Virus record (IMG/VR): IMGVR_UViG_3300036792_000267
Location: 32,001 to 96,000 of that record
From: a virus
Direction: 5' to 3' (one strand)
DNA: 64,000 nucleotides
Positions 56,231-64,000 of this stretch are shown here, in pieces. The translations under genes and the position numbers were made by a program. The notes beneath the pieces are model-generated. The model was not told the DNA's origin. It did no database searches and was given only the letters and a program-made list of their open reading frames with translations. Each line of letters opens with the position of its first letter. Positions within the stretch are counted from its first letter, which is position 1.

Positions 56231-59200
56231 GGGACCAGAATACTGGTTAGATCGCTTTGGTATGTAATTTACAAGGCGATCGGTTTAACATTCAGGTGAC
56301 TTCGGCGACCTGATGCGGGACGCGGCGCAGGCTAAGGCCGCGCTGCAGGGGATGGGCGATGCGGCCAAGGCGGAGACCGCGGCCGAGGTGGCGGGCGCGA
56401 CCCAGGCCGCCGCCGCGCGCGGCAAGGGCATCACGTCCATCCAGCAGGAGACGCAGGCCCTTAACCAGCTCGCCAACGCCGCCAAGCAGACCAACGTCCA
56501 GCTGCTCTACGGCGGCCGGAATGACATGACCCAGCACCTGAGCGACCTGGCTCAGGAGCTGAACTACACCACCTTGCTCAACCGGCAGAAGTGGCTCGGC
56601 TTCTCCTCCGTCCAGCAGGCCATGTCGTACCGCCAGCAGATGTATAACCTGGCGCTGCTGGAGAACAAAGCGCACTTCGCCGGCTACCTGACCGCGGACC
56701 AGTACCTGGGCTTCCTGCAGCGCGAGACCGCCCAGACCGCGGCGCTGTCGGCCGCCATCCGCGACCGCAGCGCGGCCATCGGCGCCGAGACCCAGATGCT
56801 GCTCGCGCACGCCAACGCGCTGCAGGGCACCCACGCGACGGCAGGCAGCCTGGGCGAGGGCCTGAGCACGGTCAACGCCTACAACGTGGCGCTGGTCGGG
56901 CTGCCGGACACGGTGGTCACCAAGGCCGTCCTTGATGACAGCCAGGCGATGTCGCAGCTGGCTGCCTACCGCGCGGCGCTGACCTCGCTTCCCAACGCGG
57001 AGACCACCGACATCACCTCGGTTGCCACCCGGCTGGGCGGCGTCCCGCTGACGGGCGCGCGCCAGGCGGTGCCGGTCAGCGTCCGCCCCGAGATCGACTA
57101 CGCCGCGATCAACAAGATGCTGTCCCAGGCGGTCGCCGGGGCGCACCCGGAGGCGCTGCGCGCGCCGCTGGCCATCACCGGGTCGGGAGCGGCGGATTCC
57201 GCGCTGTCGGCCACGGCGGATTCCGCGCTGTCGGCCACGGCGGACGACGCCGGCGCGCTGTCGGCGTCCATGTCCGAGCTGAGCGACAAGGCGGCCATTT
57301 CCGCCGAGGCAATCAGCAAGTTCCAGGACTCCCTCGCGCTGGCCGCGGTCGACGCCCGCGCGCTGGAGCAGGGACTCGGGCGCCTGTCGGCCGCCGAGCA
57401 GCTGCTGTCTGAGGTTAACGCCCAGTTCGTGCCGCAGAAAGGCCGCAAGAAGGCGGCGGCTGCCGACCCGGCGCAGAACCTCGCTGACCTGTACGGGCTG
57501 CAGGACGTCGCCGGCGCGCTGCGCGAGGGCGCGATCTCCGACGCGCCGCGCGGCTACCCGCTGTCCGCCCCGGGCATGAAGATCATCCCGCCGACGCAGG
57601 CGGGAGAAGAAGACCTGTGGTCGGGGCTGTCCAAGTACATGCAGGGCGGCAAGGCCGCGGGGACTGCCACCGAGAAGGTTGCCGTCGAGGGCGGCCAGGA
57701 GGCCGAGGCGACCCTCGACAAGATCGCCGTCCAGATGGAGTGGCTGGACCATGAGGATGCCAAGCCGAAGCTAGAGCTGGAAGGCGGCCAGGAGGCGCTA
57801 GACGACGCCTACCACCTGGACGGCGTACTCGTCGGCCTGACTTACGAGCGCGCGGAGCCGGAAGTCGCCCTGCAAGGCGGAGCCGAGGCGCTGGGAGAAG
57901 TCACCGCCCTGGACGAGGGGCTGCACGAGATCCCGCACGAGACTGACACCGTCCTGGTGGTCGAGTCCTCCGGGGCCTCCAGCGAGGTCCGCGATTACAG
58001 CCGCGACATTGAGGACATCGAGCGTGAGGTGGGCACTCGCGCCGACTTCGAGGACACCGAGGCGGAGAGCGGGCTGTCGCGCTGGCTGACCGCCCTGGCT
58101 GCGGCGGTCCAGCACAAGTACGACTTCTACGCCAGCTTCAACGACGACGCGGCCAAGGCCGAGCTGGCCGGGTGGATCAGCGAGCTTGAGGCGGCACGCG
58201 CCGAGGAGAACCGCATCACCGCCGGCATGGGCGGTGCCTCCGGTGGCGGTGGCGGCGGAGGGCCGCCTGTTCCCCCTGCTGCCGCCGGCGACGCGCCCAA
58301 CCCGGATGACCGGGCGATGTGGGAGGCCGTCGCCGCCGAGATGGCCAAGGTAGACGCCCTCTTCAAGAACACCGGCCGTGACGCCGCTGCCGCCGGGGCC
58401 GCCGCGTCCAAGGCCGGCCGGGACGGCGCGCAGGCGGTCACCTCGATGGTGCTGCCGCTGACCAACGGCGCGCGCGGCTGGTTCGGCCTGCTCACCCAGG
58501 TCAACCTGTTCGGCGGCCTGCTGCCCGGCATCCTGGGCCACACCACGGCCCTGCACTTCGTCCTTGACGCGATCATCGAGACGATCGCCATCCTGCTGCC
58601 GGCCATCGTCACCATGGCAGCCGGGCTGACCGCGTTCGGCATCGCTGGCTACGACGCCGGCAAGGCGGTCTACGAGCGCCTGACGGCGATTCACACCGCG
58701 GCCGACGCCACCGGCCAGTCCATCCCGCCGCTGACCGGGAACCTGGAGAAGCTGCACGACACGGTGCGCCCGCAGGTCTGGCAGTTGTATGGCGACGCCA
58801 TCACCGTCGCGGGGGCGAAGTCCGGGCTCTTCAACCAGCTGGCCATCCAGACCGGGAACGTGGTCGACCGGCTGGCCGCGCGGCTGACGGTGGACCTGGT
58901 GCAGGGTGGCCAGGGGCTGAAGACGTTCCTGTCGGTCGGCGCGGAGAACCTGGCCAAGCTCGGCACCATCTTCGACAACCTCGGCAAGGCCCTGATGGCG
59001 TTCATCAAGGTCACCGAGGACACCCACATTGACCAGATTTTCCTGGCCATCTTCGTGGCGCTGTCCCAGTTCCTGGTGCTCATCACCAAGCTGCCCACCC
59101 CGTTGCTCGCCGCCGTGGTCGCGCTGCACGCGTTCTGGCTGTGGGGCGGCCTGCTGGCCACCGTGGTCCTGCAGATGCTCAACCCGCTGCGCTCGCTGGC

Positions 59201-62200
59201 ACTGGCGCTGGGCGCGGTCGACGCCGCCTCAGTGAACGGCGGCCTGGCCAGCCTGACCAAGGACGCGTCGGCCTGGCAGCGGCTGAAGGCCGGCCTGACC
59301 GACATCGCAGCCGGGTTCGGCGCACTGCCGGCCCGGTTCAGCCTGAGCAGCAAGGCGGCCGGCGAAGCTGAAGTCGCCTTCGATGACATGGGCAACGCGC
59401 TGGTGGCTACTGACGCGGAGATGGCGGCCGGCGCCACGTCCGGCGGCGGCCTGCTCTCGGTGCTCGGGCGGCTCGTCCCGGCCGGCGGCGCTGCCGCCGG
59501 GGCTGCCGCGCTGCTGGGCAGCGCGCTGGCCGCCGCCTACGTCTACCTGGCGCTGCTGCCCGACGCGACCCAGAAGTGGATCAACTCCCTCAACCAGACG
59601 CTGGCTAAGACCACCGCGTTCACTGTGGTCTCCGCGACGGTCGGTGACCTGGCGGCGGTCACCCAGCAACTGGCAAAGGCCCAGGCCGACGGGACAGGCA
59701 ACGCCTCTGAGCTGGCCGGGGCGCAGCGCGGCCTGTCCAGTGACCTGTCCAACGAGCTGGGGCACGTCGGGGCGGTGTCCAAGGCTTACGGCACCGACTT
59801 CCTGGGCGCGCTGGAGCTGCTGAACGCGGCCGGGGTGAAGACCTCCGACATCTTCTCCGCCCAGGGCAAGGCCTGGGAGGCGGACCTGCAGCAGGTCCAG
59901 GGCCTGGTGCAGGGCTACAAGGCGATGGGCCAGGGGCTGTCCGCGCTGCAGCAGGACGTCTCGGTCCAGCTGGTGACCACCAGCGACCAGGTAACCGCCA
60001 TGGGCAACCTGAACAAGGCCTGGGACGCCTGGACCAAGACCGTCGGCGGGGCCCCCAGCACGTTCATCGCCCTGGCCCAGGGCTTCGCCACGTTCAACAC
60101 GGATGCCGCGGCGGCCGGGGCCGCTATGACCGGGCTGAACGCGCCCAGCCTCACCCTGCAGAGCGACTTCCAGTCCAACTACAACAACGTCCAGGCGTTT
60201 TTCGACGCGTTCCGCAACGACCAGGCGCTCACCGGGGCGGGCGACTTCACCAAGTTCGTCAAGGACGCGGTAGCCAGCCTCATCCCGATGGCGGGTGGCT
60301 CCAAGGAGGCCGCCGCCCAGATCTCCGCCCTCGCCCAGGAGGCCGGCGGGCCGGCCACGACCAACATCAAGACGCTGCAGCAGTGGGTCGGCAACATCAA
60401 GGACCCGCTGCTGCAGATGTATAAGGCCAGCAATGACGCAGCGATCGGGGCCTCAAGCCTGAGCCAGGACGCGGCCCGGCTGACCTCCACCCTGCAGCAG
60501 CAGCTCAACCCGGCCATGGCATCGGCCATCTTCAACGCCCACGGCGGCCAGGCCGTCTTCAACGCGTTCGCCGACGCCCTGGCCAAGGGCGGGCCGAGCA
60601 GCGGCGCGACCATCACCGCGGCGCACAACGTGGCCCGCGAGCTGCTGGCGGTGTCCGGCTCCAGCGCTAACGCCAAGGCGAACTTCGTCGGGTTCACCGA
60701 GGCGATGGGGCTGAGCGCCAAGCAGGCTAACGCCCTGTGGGCCCAGGTCACCAAGATCCCGGCCAACGCCAGGACCACCTACACCCTGGACGCGGAGCAG
60801 GCGCTGCAGAAGGCGGAAAAGCTCTCCGCGGAGCTGCCGCACCTGACCGGCCAGAAGAAGCTCCAGGTTGAGGCAGAGGTCAAGGACCTGCAGTTGCAGG
60901 CCATGAACGACAAGCTCAAGGCCGCCAAGGGGGACGTCAGCGACCTCAACAACGCGAGCCTGAGCAAGCTGCGCGGCCAGCTCGCGTCCACCGCCGGCTC
61001 TGCGGCCGACCTCGTCAAGCCCGGCGAAGTCGACACCATCCTCAAGTCGTTCAAGGACGGCACGTTCTACGAGGTCACGTTCCTGGCGTGGATTCCGCAG
61101 GTCCAGCGCGCCCTGAACGTGGTGAACCACGATGTCGGGCAGTTTTTCGCTCATGACATCCCGGTGGCGTTCGGCGTCACCAGCCACGCCTTCGAGGCGG
61201 CGTGGGACGGGATGGTCAACTGGTTCACCCAGTCGGTGCCGCACGGGCTGGAGACGGCCTGGGGCACCGTGTCGTCGTTCTTCGACAAGGCGTTCACCCA
61301 CGACATCCCCGCGGCGTGGGACTCCGCCTGGGGCACCCTGGTCTCCCCGGTCACTCACGCGTTCGATGACGTGAAAACCTGGGTCTCCTCCAATTTCGAC
61401 ACCTGGTGGAAGACCCATGGCCAGGGCGTCATGGCCATCTGGGACACCTTGTGGGGGGAGATCTCCGGGGCGGCCATCAAGGCGTTCGACCTGGTAGAGA
61501 CCGGGGCCACCGGCTTCCGGCACGTCCTCACCGCCATCTTCACCAGCGGCCCCGTCAAGCAGGTCTGGTCCGGGTTCTCCGGTGCAGCCGCCGACACCTG
61601 GCATTTCATCGAGTCCCTGGCCACTGCCGCCTGGCAGATGGCGGTCGCCGGCGCGCGGGCCACCTGGAACGAGGTCGCCGCGCTAGGCAAGGCGGCCTGG
61701 GACCTGGTGGTCGCGGCGGCCAGGGCTGCCTGGGACATCATCTGGGCCCTGATCGGCGCCGAGGTCAAGTCCGCGGCAGCCATCGCGACCGCGTCGTTCA
61801 AGGTGCTGTGGGACCAGGTGGTCGCGCTGGCCAAGGTCGGCTGGGACACCATCGTCCTGATCATCAACGAGGTCATTGACCTCTTCACCGGGCACTGGGC
61901 CACGGCGTGGAAGGACCTGCAGGCGTACGGCATCCAGGTGTGGAACGCCGTCAAGACAGCCGGCATCCAGACGTGGAACGCGATCTCGACTGCGGCGACC
62001 CAGGTGTGGAACGCGATCTGGAACGCCGTCAAGACGGCTGCCACCCAGACCTGGAACGCGTTCAAGACCGGCGGCCAGCAGGCGTGGTCCGCGATCTGGC
62101 ACTCGCTGCAGGCCACGTTCATCAACCCGCTGGCGGCTTTCTTCACCTCCACCGTGCCCAAGTGGTGGGACAGCTTCGCGAACTTCGCGTCCTCTACCTG

Positions 62201-64000
62201 GACCAAGGTGTGGTCCGGCTTCCAGAAGAACGTCCTGCAGCCGATCGAGGGCTTCTTCACCTCGACACTGCCCAACGCCATGTGGAACTCCCTCAAGGGC
62301 GGGATTGACCACGTAATCTCCGGGCTGAACACGGTCATCGGCTGGATCAACGCGGTGACTTCGGTCGTGGGCGTGCACATCTCCCCGATCTCGATGCTCG
62401 CGGCCGGCGGCGTGGCCCCGCAGCGGATGGCGCACGGCAGCGTGCCGGGGACGGGCGACGAGGACGGCACGCACATCATCGCGATGGGCGGGGAGTACAT
62501 CCTGCGCAAGCCCGCCAGGATGGCCCTGCAGGCCGCCTACGGGCCCCAGTTCCTCGATGAGCTGAACCAGGCGGACTCCTGGCTGGGCTCGGGCTCGCGC
62601 GGCAGCACGGCCACCCAGCAGCGCCGTCCGGGCCGGTACGCGTCCGGTGGCATCCCGGTCATCTCCGACATCGGCAACTGGCTGGGCGACGCGGGCAGCG
62701 CCGTCGCCGGGGCCGCCTCCTCCGTCTGGCACGGCGTCGCCGACGCGGCCGGCGAGGTCGCCAAGTTCGGGGAGAAGGCCGTCTTCGACGCCATGTGGTC
62801 GGTCTCCGGCGCCCCGGCGGAGAAGGCGATGGAGGCGCTGGGCACGCCCGGTGACATGGGCGCGGCGTGGCTGCAGACCATCCACAACGGGGTGGAGAAC
62901 TACGTCACCGCCCAGACCGCCAAGGCGCAGGCGTCCAGCAAGTCGACCGGCTCCATCACCGGCGCCGGGGTGTCCAACTCCTCGGCCTACGCGGCCCTGC
63001 AGTCGGCGGCGGCCAAGAAGGGCTGGACCGGGGCCCAGTGGGCCGCGCTCAACGACGTGGAGATGGCCGAGGCAGGCTACAGCCTCACCGCCACCAACCC
63101 GAGCAGCGGCGCGTACGGCATGGCCCAGTTTATTAACGGACCGGGAGAGTACGCACAGTACGGCGGTAATTCGACAACAGCAGCGGGACAAGCGGTAGCG
63201 ATGGTAAATTACATCGCACAAAGATACGGAAATCCAGAGAGCGCATGGGCTCATGAGGTCGCGTACCACTGGTATGCCGCAGGCGGGCCGGTCATCGACG
63301 CCATCCGCGCCGTCACCGGCAACGTCAACGAGCAGGAGGCGATGGCCCTCGGCTCGTGGCTGCTGACCAGGATGAACCCGGCGGGTACCGCGCCGCACTA
63401 CAGCGAGTCCGGGGCCTGGCTGATTAACACCGCCAAGAACAAGGCCGTCACCCAGACGCAGGCGCTCAACGCCAACAACGCTGCCCGGTACCTCGCGCCG
63501 TACTACGCCAAGGCCATCCTCGGGTCCACCCCGGCGTCGTGGAAGGCGACCCCGGCGACCGCCGCACTCAAGGCCGACGCCGCCGTGGCCGCCGCTACCG
63601 GCACGCACTGGTCCACCCCGTCGGCCGCCACCCTCGCAGCCGGGTGGAACGCCGTGTCGACCGACCTGGGCCCGGCCGTCAAGCAGGTCACAGCGGCGGC
63701 CAGCACCAGTGACACCGCCGCCTACCAGGCTGCTGCCGCGCAGCTGTACCCCGACTGGGAGGGCGCGCTCAACCCCTGGAAGACGCTGAGCGCGCTCCAC
63801 CAGCCCAAGGGCGTATCGGCCCCGGACTGGGCGTCGTGGCTGGCCCAGCGCGCCGTCATCGCCAACCGGGTGAGCGTGGCCGGCAGCTACGTCGCGCCGC
63901 TGTTCGATGACCTGAAAGTCAACCCGCAGGAGCTGACCGCGGCCATGTGGTCGCACACCGACTCCAGCGTGCGGCGCTGGCAGGCGGCGATGGACGTGGC
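56220..64000 (+). CDS. Tape measure protein (partial, >2500 aa) with lytic transglycosylase domain; 5' end needs two bypasses
   Basis: Ala/Trp periodic repeats; SLT motif E-AGY...NPSSGAYGMAQF near 63060-63130; frame apparently open from 56298 to window end. Confidence 0.9.
57192..57239 (+). repeat. 24-nt tandem duplication in tape measure gene
   Basis: GCGGATTCCGCGCTGTCGGCCACG twice, in frame. Confidence 0.8.

Noticed and set aside
7812-56297. Frame breaks as sequencing errors or pseudogenes
   Set aside because: Four breaks share the same matched-codon plus in-frame TTA layout in otherwise intact core genes; errors would not do this. Read-level confirmation is still needed.
12238-63956. Long minus-strand ORFs (e.g. 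12238-13977, 20953-23064, 61683-63956)
   Set aside because: Antisense shadows of GC3-rich plus-strand genes, with no recognisable domains.
1-64000. CRISPR array, rRNA, integrase or IS element
   Set aside because: No regularly spaced repeats or corresponding motifs seen.
1-64000. Genome-wide stop-codon reassignment
   Set aside because: TAA, TAG and TGA all terminate genes normally, and no suppressor anticodon tRNA was seen.

Overview
A 64 kb segment of a large, high-GC tailed actinobacteriophage, almost entirely coded on the + strand. The host is inferred to be Streptomyces or a related bldA-type filamentous actinomycete. Gene order is: recombination/replication accessory genes (split Rad50/SbcC, Mre11/SbcD, PD-(D/E)xK exonuclease, beta clamp, gamma/tau clamp loader, MazG-like, a large radical SAM protein), a GH25 lysin, methyl- and glycosyltransferases, terminase, a 38-tRNA cluster covering all 20 amino acids with structured spacer RNAs, portal, MuF-like, protease/scaffold, decoration, major capsid, head-tail and tail genes, a -1 frameshifted tail assembly chaperone, and a tape measure gene running off the end. 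Six free-standing homing-type endonucleases are interspersed. The main observation is that three conserved genes (exonuclease, major capsid, tape measure) have reading frames broken near their 5' ends by 7-14 nt inserts of the form codon X - TTA - spacer - codon X, with a stop soon after in the unhopped frame. This is the signature of translational bypassing triggered by the rare UUA (bldA) codon. Each of these genes sits directly beside an endonuclease VII-family gene, and the tRNA cluster lacks tRNA-Leu(UAA). Also seen: two fixed-spacing leaderless promoter motifs (CCGATW-N8-start at structural genes, resembling the sigma28/WhiG -10; CGTAGTA-N5-6-start), and many tRNAs with C at normally invariant U8/U33/U55. 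All calls are by-eye motif recognition; no searches were run.
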